This document shows, piece after piece, positions 10,005 to 20,953 of a stretch of 64,000 nt of DNA. Each line of letters begins with the position of its first letter. The first letter of the stretch is position 1. Below the pieces are notes generated by a model. The model ran no database searches and was not told the DNA's origin. It was given only the letters and a program-made list of their open reading frames with translations. Where the stretch lies: NCBI GenBank assembly GCA_963727445.1, contig CAVSGI010000015.1, forward strand, positions 32,001 through 96,000, read 5' to 3'. Made by a program: the position numbers and the translations under genes. The DNA is from an uncultured delta proteobacterium (GTDB taxonomy: Bacteria; Myxococcota_A; Polyangia; Polyangiales; B10-G4).

Positions 10005-10982
10005 ATGGTGAGCTTCGAGGAGGTCGCGGAGGCGGCGGCGCGGATCGCGCCCTACGCGAAGGAGACGCCGGTGATGCGCTCGCGGACCCTGGATGGGCTC
10101 GCGGGGGCCGAGCTCTTCTTCAAGTGCGAGAACCTGCAGCGGGTGGGGGCCTTCAAGTTTCGCGGGGCGACCAACGCCGTCATGTCCCTCGACGCCCAGA
10201 CCGCGGCGGGCGGCGTGGCGACCCACTCTTCCGGCAACCACGCCCAGGCGGTGGCGCTCGCGGCGAAGCTCCGGGGGATCACGGCGCACATCGTGATGCC
10301 GAAGAACGCGCCCGCGGTGAAGGTGGCGGCGGTGAAGGGGTATGACGGGCAGGTGGTCTTCTGCGAGCCGACCCTCGCCTCCCGCGAGTCCACCCTGGCG
10401 TCGGTCGTCACCGAGACCGGCGCCCACGTCATTCACCCCTACGACGACGACCGGGTGATCGCCGGGCAGGGGACCTGTGCCCTCGAGCTCCTCGCCCAGG
10501 TCGAAGGTCTCGACACGGTCTGCGCGCCGGTGGGGGGCGGCGGGCTGATCTCGGGAACCGCCATCACCACCGCGGCGCTCCGGCCCGAGGCGACGGTGAT
10601 CGCCGCCGAGCCCGAGGCCGCGGACGACGCCAAGCGCTCCCTCGCCGCGGGCCACATCGTCCCCTCCGACGATCCCGTGACCATCTCCGACGGCCTTCGC
10701 ACCTCGCTCTCGGAGCGGACCTTCGCGATCATCCAGAAGCACGTGGCGTCGATCGTCACCGTCTCGGAGCAGCAGACGGCGGCGGCCCTCCGGCTCGTGC
10801 TCGAGCGGATGAAGCTGGTGATCGAGCCGAGCTCCGCCGTGCCGGTAGCGGCCGCGCTCGCGGGCAACCTCCCCGGCCGCCGGATCGGCATCATCCTGAC
10901 GGGCGGCAACCTGGATCTCGAAAGGCTACCTGCGCTCCTCCGGCCGCTCGCGCGGCCTCCTGTGCCGCTGCGCTTCGGCTGA
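10005..10982 (+). CDS. PLP-dependent threonine/serine dehydratase or serine racemase family protein
   Basis: FKCENLQRVGAFKFRGA, SSGNHAQ, PVGGGGL, TGGNLD. Confidence 0.92.
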   Translation: MVSFEEVAEAAARIAPYAKETPVMRSRTLDGLAGAELFFKCENLQRVGAFKFRGATNAVMSLDAQTAAGGVATHSSGNHAQAVALAAKLRGITAHIVMPKNAPAVKVAAVKGYDGQVVFCEPTLASRESTLASVVTETGAHVIHPYDDDRVIAGQGTCALELLAQVEGLDTVCAPVGGGGLISGTAITTAALRPEATVIAAEPEAADDAKRSLAAGHIVPSDDPVTISDGLRTSLSERTFAIIQKHVASIVTVSEQQTAAALRLVLERMKLVIEPSSAVPVAAALAGNLPGRRIGIILTGGNLDLERLPALLRPLARPPVPLRFG

Positions 10983-11016
10983 GCCTTCTGTGGGCGCCAG
11001 CGCTTGGGCGCTGGCG

Positions 11017-11634
11017 CTATTGCACGAGCGTCATCACCCAATCGAAGAGCAGCGTGATGACCAGGATCGGGGGCGCGAGCCCGAGCGCAGAGCCGATGAC
11101 GTAGTCGCGATAGCGCACGTCGGTCATGGCCAGCGCGTAGTTGAGGGGCGGCGCCATCCAGAGGATCAGGCGGAGGATCAAAACCGTGCGGATCGGCCGC
11201 TGGTCGAGATTGTCGAGGATGCGCCGGAGCATGGGGCGGTTCAGACCGGCGAGGGCGCGACCGCCGACGATGCGCACGATGAAGAAGCTGACGCTCACGC
11301 TCACGACCGACGCGACGAGGGCGATGGGATAGCCGAGGAGCTGGCCCCAGGAGACGAGACCCGCGAGGACGAAGACGATCCCCGGGATGTGGATCAGCTC
11401 GCCCGCGGCGAAGATGATCACGTAGACGATCATCCCGATGGCGCCCGCGGAGCGGACCATCGTGCGGATGCGCTCGACGTCGAAGTCGTCGGTGAGCCCG
11501 CTCATCTCGCCGAAGGCCCACAGGGCACCCATGAGCAGGGCGAGGAGCGCCATGCGCCACCAGTTGATGCCGCTCTTCTGTTTTTCGTCGGGCGCCTCCG
11601 GCGGCGCGCCCTCGTCGGAGGCGGCCTGGTTCAA
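11017..11634 (-). CDS. TVP38/TMEM64 (DedA superfamily) membrane protein
   Basis: Several TM helices; LILRLILWMAPPLNYALA...YVIGSALG..P. Confidence 0.85.
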   Translation of the reverse strand: MNQAASDEGAPPEAPDEKQKSGINWWRMALLALLMGALWAFGEMSGLTDDFDVERIRTMVRSAGAIGMIVYVIIFAAGELIHIPGIVFVLAGLVSWGQLLGYPIALVASVVSVSVSFFIVRIVGGRALAGLNRPMLRRILDNLDQRPIRTVLILRLILWMAPPLNYALAMTDVRYRDYVIGSALGLAPPILVITLLFDWVMTLVQ

Positions 11635-12860
11635 GGGGAGGTCGGGGTCTGGCCACTCGCGCCGGAGCTCGGCGTCGGCGGGCCTTCGTTGAGGGCGAGC
11701 CCCGCCACCGTCAGGGCGCCGATCACCAGCACCGCCGCCACCAGGGCGATGGCCATCGTCTTGCGCCGCCCGCGCCGCGCCATCTCCTCTTCGACGTCGT
11801 CGAGGTCGGCGGCGAGCGCGTAGAGCTCGGTGCCCGAGACCTGCGATTCGGTCGCGTCGCTACGCCCGGGCTTGCCCACCTTGGCCCGATCGAGGCCCGG
11901 GCCGTTCCGCGCCTCGTCGGGAAAGAGCTGCGAGACGTAACGAGCGATGTCGGCATCGCGGACGAGGCTCTTGGACTCCGAGAGCCAACGGCTCAGGGCG
12001 GCTTCCATGGCGTCCGCCGTCGGGAAGCGCTGCAAGCAATCCTTGGCGAGGGCGGTCTGGCACACGCTGTCGAGGATCTTCGGGAGCTCGGGCCGAACGT
12101 CCCGGATCGAAGGGACCGCGGTGTCGAGGATGATGGCGGCGACCGTCTCGTACTCGTTCGCGCGCGCGTAGAGGGACTGACCGGTGAGGGCCTCGTAGAG
12201 GCAGACCCCGAGGGAGAAGACGTCGCTGCGCCCGTCGAGCACCTCGCCCTGGTATTGCTCCGGGGACATGTAGGCGAATTTGCCCTTGAGCACGCCCGCC
12301 TGGGTCTTGTCGGGCTGCGTCGCCGCCTTGGCGATGCCGAAGTCGAGCAACCGCGCGACGCCGTCGTAGCCGACCATGATGTTCTCGGGCGTCACGTCGC
12401 GATGGACGATGCCGAGGGGTTGTCCGTCGGGACCACGCGCGGTGTGCGCGTGGTGGAGCGCGGCGGCGACGTCGGCGATGATCTTGACGACCATCGCGAT
12501 GGGGAGCCCGTCGACCTTTCGCGACTCGCGTGCCAGACGCGAGAGGGGCACGCCGTGTACCCACTCCATCGCGAGGTAAAACGTGCCGTCCTCTTCGCCG
12601 AACTCGTAGATGGAGCAGATGTTGGGGTGACGGAGGCGCATGCACAGCTGCGCTTCCTGAACGAACATGTCGATGAGCTTGGGATCGGCGGCGACGTGCG
12701 GGAGGACGCGCTTGACGACCAGCTCTCGACTGGCGGCGCGAGGACCGCTCTCGCGGGCGAGGAAGATCTCCGCCATTCCTCCGATGGCCAGTCGTCCGAG
12801 GATGTCGTAGCGGCCGATGCGACCCACGGGCGTGAGGTCGTGGATGGCGGGAACCGTCAC
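11631..12860 (-). CDS. Ser/Thr protein kinase with C-terminal TM helix
   Basis: GGMAEIF, VVKR, HRDVTPEN, DFGIAK, YMSPEQ, DVFSLG. Confidence 0.93.
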   Translation of the reverse strand: MTVPAIHDLTPVGRIGRYDILGRLAIGGMAEIFLARESGPRAASRELVVKRVLPHVAADPKLIDMFVQEAQLCMRLRHPNICSIYEFGEEDGTFYLAMEWVHGVPLSRLARESRKVDGLPIAMVVKIIADVAAALHHAHTARGPDGQPLGIVHRDVTPENIMVGYDGVARLLDFGIAKAATQPDKTQAGVLKGKFAYMSPEQYQGEVLDGRSDVFSLGVCLYEALTGQSLYARANEYETVAAIILDTAVPSIRDVRPELPKILDSVCQTALAKDCLQRFPTADAMEAALSRWLSESKSLVRDADIARYVSQLFPDEARNGPGLDRAKVGKPGRSDATESQVSGTELYALAADLDDVEEEMARRGRRKTMAIALVAAVLVIGALTVAGLALNEGPPTPSSGASGQTPTSP

Positions 12861-12922
12861 TGGGAAGTCGAGAGGATATCAGAGGACGGCAAGAGCAGCG
12901 GAGAAGCTGGGGATGCCTCGCT

Positions 12923-13798
12923 GTGGGCGATGTTTCTTTGATATGCTGGGGCCTCGTGGCGGGTAGTTCGGACGACGCGGCATCGGGCGCTTCCGGGGAG
13001 GGGGCTGCGTTTCCGACCATCCACAGCAGCGGCGTGAGGGCTCGAACGAATCCTAGCGACAAGCGACCCCAGTTGGTCCTCTTCGCCTCGCGCGACGAGG
13101 CGTCGGTCTCGAAGTACGAGGCGACGATGCCGCCCGGGGTGCGCGTCCTGCGCTTGGACGACGTCTTCAGCGCCCTTTCATCTCTGCGAGGTGGGGAAAA
13201 GGCGACGCTGATCATCGATCAACGCGAGGGGATGTTTCGCGCCCAGACCGTCGCGGCGCTCTCCTCGGCCCTGCCCGAGCACGCGACGGTGTTGCTCTGG
13301 GGCGGCAGCGAGGAGGAGCTCCAGGAGGCTTCGGCGCTGGCGCCGGGGCGGTCCTTCCATCGCCTCGCGCGCGAAGCGAGCGTGCACGAGCTGGCGTCGC
13401 TCAATCGGCCCGGGAGCATCAGCGAGCTCCCGCCTGCACTTGCGGTGGCTCGCCTTCTGATCCTGGACGACGACGACGCCTATTCGCGCTCGGTCGCTCG
13501 GCTCCTCCGAACCGCGGGGTTCGAGGTCGAGGTGCGACACGACCCCGAAGAGGCGCTCGTGCTTTGCTGCGAGGGGAACCTGGTGGCCGCCCTGGTCGAC
13601 CTCCACATGCCCGGGATGAACGGCGAGGTCTTCGCGAGCAAGGTGCGCGACGCGATGGGCGACACGGCGCCGCGGATCATCATGGTCACCGGGAGCGACG
13701 CGCAGGTGCTCGGCGACAATCTCTTCGATGCGGTCCTCCGCAAGCCCGTCGGCCCCGCGCGGCTCCTCGCCACGCTCGCCGAGCTCCTGCCCGAGTAG
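12923..13798 (+). CDS. Response regulator with C-terminal receiver domain (start uncertain)
   Basis: LLILDDD, LVDLHMPGMNG, MVTG, LRKP. Confidence 0.75.
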   Translation: MGDVSLICWGLVAGSSDDAASGASGEGAAFPTIHSSGVRARTNPSDKRPQLVLFASRDEASVSKYEATMPPGVRVLRLDDVFSALSSLRGGEKATLIIDQREGMFRAQTVAALSSALPEHATVLLWGGSEEELQEASALAPGRSFHRLAREASVHELASLNRPGSISELPPALAVARLLILDDDDAYSRSVARLLRTAGFEVEVRHDPEEALVLCCEGNLVAALVDLHMPGMNGEVFASKVRDAMGDTAPRIIMVTGSDAQVLGDNLFDAVLRKPVGPARLLATLAELLPE

Positions 13799-13806
13799 CG
13801 CGCCGT

Positions 13807-15127
13807 TCAGTCGGTGTCGTAGGGGATCACCTGAACGGAGTGGATCCCGGGGAGCTTTTCGAGGGCGGGGACCACCTCGGACGCGGTGGCGGTGATGCTG
13901 ATGACGAGGTCGTGGGGAGGAGATCACGTCACGGACGGCGGCCCGCGCCGCGTCGAGCTGAACCTTGCGGACGTTGTCCTCGAAGTCGTCCCAGTAGCCG
14001 TGAGGGAGGCCGAAGAGGACGACGTCGAGGCGTGGCTCGAGGCGCTTCTGGGCGGTGTCCACCTCGAAGCAGCGGCTGTTGACGAGATAGCGCTTGGCGA
14101 AGGTGAAGTCCTTCTTGCGCAAGCCGTCATCGACGAAGCGCTCGAGGAGGTCGAGCTCGAGTGCGACACACGACGCGGCGTCCGCCGACGCCGGATGACT
14201 CCACATGGTGAAGGTGTCCCGCTGCCGATCCAGCCCGATGCGGCTGTAGACGCCGTAGCTCCACCCGCGCTTCTCCCGCACCTCCTGCACGAGTGGAGAG
14301 CTGAAGGTGCCGCCGAAGGCCGTGTTCGCGACCTCGAGGGGGTAGTAGCGCGGGTCGCCCGCCGCGATGCCCAACGTCCCGATGCAGAGCTGGGTCTGGC
14401 TGCGAGAGGGCTTGTCGACCACCACCACGCGGCGACCGGCTTTGCGCCGCGGCGTGGGGAGGGCGTCGCGTGGCGCGGGGCCCGACGGGAGGAAAGCGAG
14501 GTGCGTCTCCACCAGGCGCGTCGCCTCCTCGCGATCCACGTCGCCCGAAAAGCCCACCAGCAGATTGTCGGCGACGACGTGCGACGCGTAACACTCGCGC
14601 AGATCCCGGGCGCGGAGGCGAGAGAGCGACTCTGGCGAGCCGGCGATGGACCGGCCGTACGCGTGGCTACGGTAGAGCGTCCGCCGAAACCAACGGCCCG
14701 CCAGCGCGCGATCGTGATCGCGAATGCGCGCGAGCTCGGCGCGTGTCTCGCGGACGACCTGGGCGAGATCGGCTTTGCGAAACGCCGGCTTCTCGAGCAG
14801 CGACGCGACGAGCGCGAAGAACGGCTCGAGGTTGCGCTTGATGACCGAGCCGTGCACCCGGACGTAGCTGGTGGAGATGTCCACGCCGAGGCGCGCGCCC
14901 AGGCGGGCGATCGCTTCCTCCACCGCCGGCCCCTTCATCCCCCGCGTGCCGCGCCGCATGGTCAAAAAGGTGGTCCGCGTGAGGCCCTCGAGACCGACTG
15001 GATCCTGCACGCCGCCGGTCAGAAAGAGCAGCTCGAAGTCCACGATGGGCAGGGCCCGGCTCTCCTCGAGGGTGACGTTCAGCCCATCGACGGAGAAGAA
15101 ACCCTCGGGCGTCTTCTTCTTCCTCAT
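13807..15127 (-). CDS. M16 peptidase, non-catalytic subunit; frameshift near 13915
   Basis: M16 features (VGFSGDVD, FGGTFSSPLVQEVREKRGWSYG) without HxxEH; last ~35 codons in another frame. Confidence 0.8.
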
Positions 15128-16486
15128 GCGTCGGCCTCGGGTACGACGAAGAGCACGTTTCGCTTCGAGCGCCTCAGATAACGACGCGCCGTGGCCCGCA
15201 CCTCGGCGGCCGTGACCGAGCGCAGCTCCTCGAGTCGCCGGAACACGCCGCCCGGGTCTCGCGTGATGGTCGTGACGAAGCCAATCTGCTCCGCCTTGCC
15301 GCTCGCCGTCTCCATCGACGACAGAAAGCCGAGCTCGAGCCGGTTCTTCGCCTTGTCGACCTCGTCCTCGGTCACGCCGTCCTTGGCCAGTCGGTCGATC
15401 TCGACGTCGACCGCCTCGAGCAACTGCTCGCCAGTGACGCCCTCGCGCGCGTCCGCCCACAGCTCGTACAGGCCCGGATGCTCGAAAGGCGCGGGTGATG
15501 CGCTGGCGGTCGTCGCGAGCTCCTGCTCTTCGACGAGGGCGCGGTAGAGCCGCGACGAGCGCCCTCCCGACAGGATCTCGTCGAGCACCGTCAGCCGCGC
15601 ATAGTCCGGCTCCGACCACGCCGGGCCCCGCCAGCCGATCTCCAGCTTCTCGGTGTCGGTCGGCTGGACGATGGTGCCCCGCCGCTCCCGCTTCTGCGGC
15701 GGCTCGGTCACCCGCTTCTCTCGCGGGATCTTCGCGGGCCGCATCGACGCGTAGTGCTCGCGGATGAGCTCCAGGGTCGCCGCTTCGTCGATGTCGCCCG
15801 CCACCACGATCACGGCGTTGTTCGGCGCGTAGTAGGTCCGGTAGAAGCGCCGGCAATCGGCGACCGTGTAGCGCTCGATGTCACTCATCCAACCGATGGT
15901 CGGCCACCGGTAGGGATGGGCGGTGAAGGCCCGGGCGTAGAGCTCTTCGTTCGCTTTGCCCTCCGACGTCGTCGTCGACGCGATAGCGCCGCTCGTTCAT
16001 CACGACCTCGCGCTCCGAGCTCACCGCGTGCGCGCGCAGAACCAGGTTGTGCATGCGATCGGCTTCGAGCCCGACGGCCAGTGAGAGCTCGCGGCTCGGG
16101 ACGTTGTCGTAGTAGTAGGTCCAGTCGGTCCAGGTGGCCGCGTTGGTCTCGCCCCCGGCGACCTCGAGGAGGCGGTCGAACTCACCCGGCCCGTAGTTCT
16201 TGGTCTCCTTGAACATCAGGTGCTCGAAGAAGTGCGCGAGCCCGGTCTTGCCTCGTTCCTCGTGGCGGGAGCCGACCCGGAACCACGACTGGTAGCTCAC
16301 CACCGGCGCGGCCGTGTCGCGGAGCAGATGGATCTCCAGCCCGTTTCCGAGGGAGAAGCTCCGCACCAGGAGATCGCGCCCGAAGGGCACCTCCGAGAGC
16401 GCGCGAAATCGAGCGCGCTTCGTTCGGACGCCGTGGTTGAGGCGCGTGGTGATCGGCTCGAGTCGTGCGAGCGGCCTGGGGCTCAT
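15124..16486 (-). CDS. M16 zinc peptidase, catalytic subunit; frameshift near 15950
   Basis: GLAHFFEHLMFK, NAATW.D.TYY, EREVVMNERR; continues in frame 15124-15888 (YYAPNNA, GGRSSRLY). Confidence 0.88.
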
Positions 16487-16590
16487 CGACGGCCGACCGA
16501 GGGGTTTGGGAAATGCACGGGGCGGTAAAGGTGCGTGTGCGAGGCGGCGCGCGTCAAGCCGAGCGCGCGCTCCGAAGGGTCTCGTCCGGG

Positions 16591-17172
16591 CTACGCGTCC
16601 GGGCCCTCGGGCCAGACGCTGGTGCGGTCGAGGGCGCGCTCGAAGGCGGCGAGGCTCTGATCGTTGAAGAGGACGAAGCGGACCAGCGCCAGGGGCCCGC
16701 TCGTGTGCTCCGAGAGGAAGCGGTTGGCGGCGCCGATGGCGATGGGCGCCGCTTCGGCGACCGGGAAGCGATAGACGCCGGTGGAGATCGCCGGGAAGGC
16801 GATGGAGGTGAGGCCTCGCTCGGCGGCCTCGGTGAGCGCCGCCTCGTGGACCTGTCGGAGCAGCTCGGCGGACTGGTCCGTCCGCAGCTCGTCGTAGACC
16901 GGGCCGACGGCGTGGATGACGAAGCGGGCCGCGAGGTCGCCCGCGCTGGTGACCCGCACCTCGCCCGTCTCGCAGCGCTTGCCATCGGCGTCCGCCGGGA
17001 GCTTCCGGCACGCCTCGAGCAGGCTCGGGCCCGCCGCCCGATGGATGGCCCCGTCGACGCCGCCACCGCCGAGGAGCGACGTGTTCGCCGCGTTCACGAT
17101 GGCGTCGACCTGCTGCTCGACGATGTTGCCCTTGACCAGCTCGATACGTCCGCTTCCGACCGTGCGCTCCAT
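16591..17172 (-). CDS. Macrodomain O-acetyl-ADP-ribose deacetylase (YmdB-like)
   Basis: VDAIVNAANTSLLGGGGVDGAIHRAAG, VIHAVGP, AFPAISTGVY. Confidence 0.93.
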   Translation of the reverse strand: MERTVGSGRIELVKGNIVEQQVDAIVNAANTSLLGGGGVDGAIHRAAGPSLLEACRKLPADADGKRCETGEVRVTSAGDLAARFVIHAVGPVYDELRTDQSAELLRQVHEAALTEAAERGLTSIAFPAISTGVYRFPVAEAAPIAIGAANRFLSEHTSGPLALVRFVLFNDQSLAAFERALDRTSVWPEGPDA

Positions 17173-17257
17173 CCTCAACACCCCCAGGGTGCGGAATCGT
17201 AACGGAGGGCGCATCCACGGGGAACCCGTCCCTGATTAATGCTAGAGGGAGCGCGCC

Positions 17258-18703
17258 ATGACGACCGACGTGCGCGTGCGCTTCGCCCCTTCTCCCACGG
17301 GCTACCTCCACATCGGCGGCGCCCGAACCGCCCTCTTCAACTGGCTGTGGGCCAGGCGCCACGGGGGCAAGATGATCCTCCGTATCGAGGACACGGACCG
17401 CGAGCGCAGCACCGAAGAGAGCGTTCGTATCGTCTTCGAGTCCATGAAGTGGCTGGGCCTCGATTGGGACGAAGGGCCCGAGGTGGGCGGTGACAACGGC
17501 CCCTACTTCCAGACCGAGCGCCTCGGGCTCTACGCCGAGTACGCCGAAAAGCTCATCCGCGCCGGCGCGGCCTATCGTTGCTACGCGACCAAAGAGGAGA
17601 TCGCCGCGGCCCGTGCGGAGCACGAGAAGAAGACCGGCGTCACCCACGGCTTCCGCTTTCGCTCTCCCTGGCGCGACCGGAACGAGGAGAGGGACGCGCC
17701 CCACGTGATCCGCTTCAAGGCGCCCTCGGAGGGGGCGACCGGTTGGAAGGATCTGGTGAAGGGCGACGTCGAGTACCCGAACGACCAGCAGCAGGATCAG
17801 ATCCTGATGCGTTCGGACGGCGTGCCGCTCTACAACTTCGGCGCCACCGTCGACGACCTCACGATGGGGATCACGCTCGTGGCGCGCGGCGACGACCACC
17901 TGGTGAACACCCCGGTGCAGATCATGCTGTACCGGGCGCTCGGCGAAGAACCGCCCCAGATGGCGCACCTGCCGATGATCCTCGGGCCCGACGGGCAGAA
18001 GCTCTCGAAGCGTCACGCCGCGGTGGGCGTCCTCGAGTATCGAGACAAGGGGTACCTCCCCATCGCCGTGAACAACTACCTCGCGCGCCTCGGCTGGTCC
18101 CATGGCGACCAGGAGATCTTCTCGCAGAAAGAGCTGATCGATCTCTTCGGCTGGGACCACGTCGGCAAGACGGGCGCGAAGTACGACGCGAAGAAGTTCG
18201 AGTACGTGCAGCAGGAGCAGCTCCGGGCGCTGCCGAACACGGAGATCGCGAAGCTGGCGCTTCCCTTCCTCGCGGCGCGCGGCCTCACGGGCGTGGCGGC
18301 GGACGATCCGCGGCTCGTCGGCGCCATCGAGCACGTGAAGCTGCGCGCCACGACCCTCGCGGACATCGCCGACGGCTGCGACTACTTCCTGCGCGACGAG
18401 ATCGTCTGGGAGGACAAGCCGAAGCGGAAGTGGATGAAGGCAAAGTTCGTCCCGAACCTGGAGTCGCTGATCACGCTCCTCGAAGGCGCCGAGGACTTCG
18501 ACGTCGAGCCGCTGAAGAAGTCGGTCGAGGCGTGGATGGAAGAAAAAGGGCTCTCCTTCAAGGACTGGGCGCCCGCGGCGCGGGTCTCGCTCTCGGGGCG
18601 CGCGGCGACGCCCGGGATGTTCGAGGTGATGTCCATCCTCGGCAAGGACGTGACGCTTTCACGCCTCCGAGCCGGAGTGGAGATCGCGCGCGAAGCTGGC
18701 TGA
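17258..18703 (+). CDS. gltX: Glutamate--tRNA ligase
   Basis: RFAPSPTGYLHIGG (HIGH), LRIEDTD, KLSKR (KMSKS). Confidence 0.97.
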   Translation: MTTDVRVRFAPSPTGYLHIGGARTALFNWLWARRHGGKMILRIEDTDRERSTEESVRIVFESMKWLGLDWDEGPEVGGDNGPYFQTERLGLYAEYAEKLIRAGAAYRCYATKEEIAAARAEHEKKTGVTHGFRFRSPWRDRNEERDAPHVIRFKAPSEGATGWKDLVKGDVEYPNDQQQDQILMRSDGVPLYNFGATVDDLTMGITLVARGDDHLVNTPVQIMLYRALGEEPPQMAHLPMILGPDGQKLSKRHAAVGVLEYRDKGYLPIAVNNYLARLGWSHGDQEIFSQKELIDLFGWDHVGKTGAKYDAKKFEYVQQEQLRALPNTEIAKLALPFLAARGLTGVAADDPRLVGAIEHVKLRATTLADIADGCDYFLRDEIVWEDKPKRKWMKAKFVPNLESLITLLEGAEDFDVEPLKKSVEAWMEEKGLSFKDWAPAARVSLSGRAATPGMFEVMSILGKDVTLSRLRAGVEIAREAG

Positions 18704-18707
18704 GCTG

Positions 18708-19829
18708 ATGGCGACGGCGAAGAAGAAGACGAAGAAGAAGAGCAAGGCGAAGGCTTCACGCCCCGAGGCGGCCGCGCCGACGGCCGCCGAGGTCCCGGTG
18801 TGGCGACCGGTTCAGCTGATCATCGGCATCCTCTACTTCGTCGCCGCCGGCATCCTGTGGCTCCTGGCGGAGCCCCGATCGGGCGGGTTCGCCTGGGGCT
18901 TCTCGATCGCCCTGGTCCTCGCCGGCATCGGCACCTGCATCTACGGCTACCGGCGGCTGAAGATCGCCGATCCGGCGCCCTCGCGTCTGGACTCGCTGCA
19001 CTTCGGCCGCTTCTTCCTCGACACCTGGAAGCAGATGGACGAGGAGGCGCGCATCGAACGTCAGGCGCGGCGGGAGCGGGGCGACGGCTGGGACGTGAAA
19101 CCCCTGATCGCCCTCGCCACCGGCGCCGTCTTTCTCACGCTGATGGAGTATTTCGGCGGCTCGCGCACCTACAGCGAGCTGCTCGACGCGTGGGCCGGAC
19201 CCATCGGCGAGCCGAACTTCTACGACCAGCTTCGCCACTCCGAGTTCTCGCGCCTCTTCGAGTTCGTGTGGTGGGCGGGGTGGCGCGTGCTCGGCTACCT
19301 GATCCTGCCGGTGGTAGTCATCAAGGCGTCGGGGCAACGCATCCGCGACCAGGGCCTCGAGACCAAGGGCTTCATGGAGCACGCGTGGATCTACGCCTTC
19401 GCGTTCCACGTCGTCTTCATCTGCGTGGTCATCGTGAGCTACACCCACGAGTTCTCGACCTACTATCCCTTCTACAAGGGCGCGACGCGCAGCTGGTTCG
19501 ACTTCCTGTGCTGGGAGATGCTCTACGCGGCGCAGTTCTTCAGCCTGGAGTTCTTCTTCCGCGGCTGGTGGCTCAAGACGCTCAAGCCCGTGATGGGGAG
19601 CTACGCGATCTTCGCCATGGTCGTCCCTTACTGCATGATCCACTACGGCAAGCCCTTCCCCGAGACGATGGGAGCGATCGTCGCCGGCATCGTGCTCGGG
19701 ACCCTGGCGATGAAGACGCGCTCGATCTGGAGCGGCTTTCTGATCCACGTCTCGGTGGCCATCTCCATGGACGTGGCGGCGTTGATGCAGACGGAGGGTA
19801 TGCCCACCATCTGGTATCCCGGGGGCTGA
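18708..19829 (+). CDS. CPBP (CAAX/Abi) intramembrane glutamic protease
   Basis: Multi-TM; LEFFFRG, MIHYGKP, SIWSGFLIH. Confidence 0.85.
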   Translation: MATAKKKTKKKSKAKASRPEAAAPTAAEVPVWRPVQLIIGILYFVAAGILWLLAEPRSGGFAWGFSIALVLAGIGTCIYGYRRLKIADPAPSRLDSLHFGRFFLDTWKQMDEEARIERQARRERGDGWDVKPLIALATGAVFLTLMEYFGGSRTYSELLDAWAGPIGEPNFYDQLRHSEFSRLFEFVWWAGWRVLGYLILPVVVIKASGQRIRDQGLETKGFMEHAWIYAFAFHVVFICVVIVSYTHEFSTYYPFYKGATRSWFDFLCWEMLYAAQFFSLEFFFRGWWLKTLKPVMGSYAIFAMVVPYCMIHYGKPFPETMGAIVAGIVLGTLAMKTRSIWSGFLIHVSVAISMDVAALMQTEGMPTIWYPGG

Positions 19830-19832
19830 GCA

Positions 19833-20873
19833 GTGTCTGACAGCATCGAAAAAGAACGACTGAGAACCATCCTCAACTCGATGGCGGAGGCGGTCTTCGT
19901 GACCGACGCCAAGGGGCGCGTGGTCCTGACGAACCGCGCCCTCGACGACCTCATCGCGAAGGACGTTCGGGGCCGCCGCGCCAAGAACGTCATCAAGAGC
20001 AAGGAGCTCAAGCTCGCCGTCCGCAAGGCGCGGAAGAAGAACGAGGCGACCGAGACCGAGCTCGAGACCGAGATCGGCGACAAGGTCCACATCTTCCACG
20101 CGCAGATCTCGCCGCTGCCCAACGACTCGGGCGTGGTGACGGTGCTCCACGACGTCACCACGCTGAAGGACGCCGATCGCATCCGGCGGAACTTCGTCGC
20201 CAACGCCAGCCACGAGCTGCGCACACCGCTCACCGCCATCCGCGGCTTCGTCGAGACGCTGATCGACGGCGCCGCCGAGGACCCGGCGACGCGGGCGCGC
20301 TTCCTCGACGCGATCTTCCGGCACACGATGCGCCTCGAGCGCCTGGTGAAGGACCTGACGGTGCTCGGTCAGGCCGAGTCGCCGCAGTTCGCCTGGGAGA
20401 CGGAGGACGTCGACCTCGGCAAGCTCTGCAAGGACAGCGTCGGCGCCCTCGACACCCAGGCGCGGGCCAAAGGGATCGCGCTCGAGCTGCAGATGCCCGA
20501 AGCGCCCATCGTCCTGAACGTGAGCCCCAATGCGATCGACCACGTGCTGGTGAACCTGGTCGAGAACGCCATCAAGTACTCGCCGAACGGCAGCGACGTG
20601 AAGGTGAACGTCTCGCGCGACAAGGATCACGCGATGATCGAGGTCGTCGACCAGGGCCCCGGCATCCCGGCCAAGTACCTCGACCGCATCTTCGAGCGCT
20701 TCTACCGCGTCGACAAAGGGCGCTCCCGCGACGAAGGCGGCACCGGCCTCGGCCTCTCCATCGCCCGCAACATCGTCCAGCGCATCGGCGGCACCCTCGA
20801 GGTCGAGAGCGAGCTCGGCAAGGGCGCGCTGTTCCGGCTGAGCCTTCCGATCGAGCCGATCGACGAGGATTGA
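19833..20873 (+). CDS. Cytoplasmic PAS-HisKA-HATPase histidine kinase, PhoR-like
   Basis: FVANASHELRTPLT, NLVENAIKY, DQGPGI, FERFYRVDKGRSR, GTGLGL; no TM segment. Confidence 0.9.
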   Translation: MSDSIEKERLRTILNSMAEAVFVTDAKGRVVLTNRALDDLIAKDVRGRRAKNVIKSKELKLAVRKARKKNEATETELETEIGDKVHIFHAQISPLPNDSGVVTVLHDVTTLKDADRIRRNFVANASHELRTPLTAIRGFVETLIDGAAEDPATRARFLDAIFRHTMRLERLVKDLTVLGQAESPQFAWETEDVDLGKLCKDSVGALDTQARAKGIALELQMPEAPIVLNVSPNAIDHVLVNLVENAIKYSPNGSDVKVNVSRDKDHAMIEVVDQGPGIPAKYLDRIFERFYRVDKGRSRDEGGTGLGLSIARNIVQRIGGTLEVESELGKGALFRLSLPIEPIDED

Positions 20874-20881
20874 CACAGCAA

Positions 20882-20953
20882 GAATCGTCAACCTCTGGCT
20901 TGACGATTATTCACCGAATCGTAAAGCCATTCGCTTGCGATGGTTGACGATTC
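20882..20953. promoter_or_regulatory. Paired inverted repeats, operator-like
   Basis: GAATCGTCAA..TTGACGATTA (20882-20909) and GAATCGTAAA..TTGACGATTC (20916-20953). Confidence 0.5.

Noticed and set aside
13900..15960. Programmed frameshifting in the M16 peptidase pair
   Set aside because: No slippery heptamer seen, and similar indels are scattered through unrelated genes
16591..17172. Macrodomain as part of an ADP-ribosylation toxin-antitoxin or defence system
   Set aside because: No ADP-ribosyltransferase neighbour; it is an ordinary stand-alone YmdB-like gene
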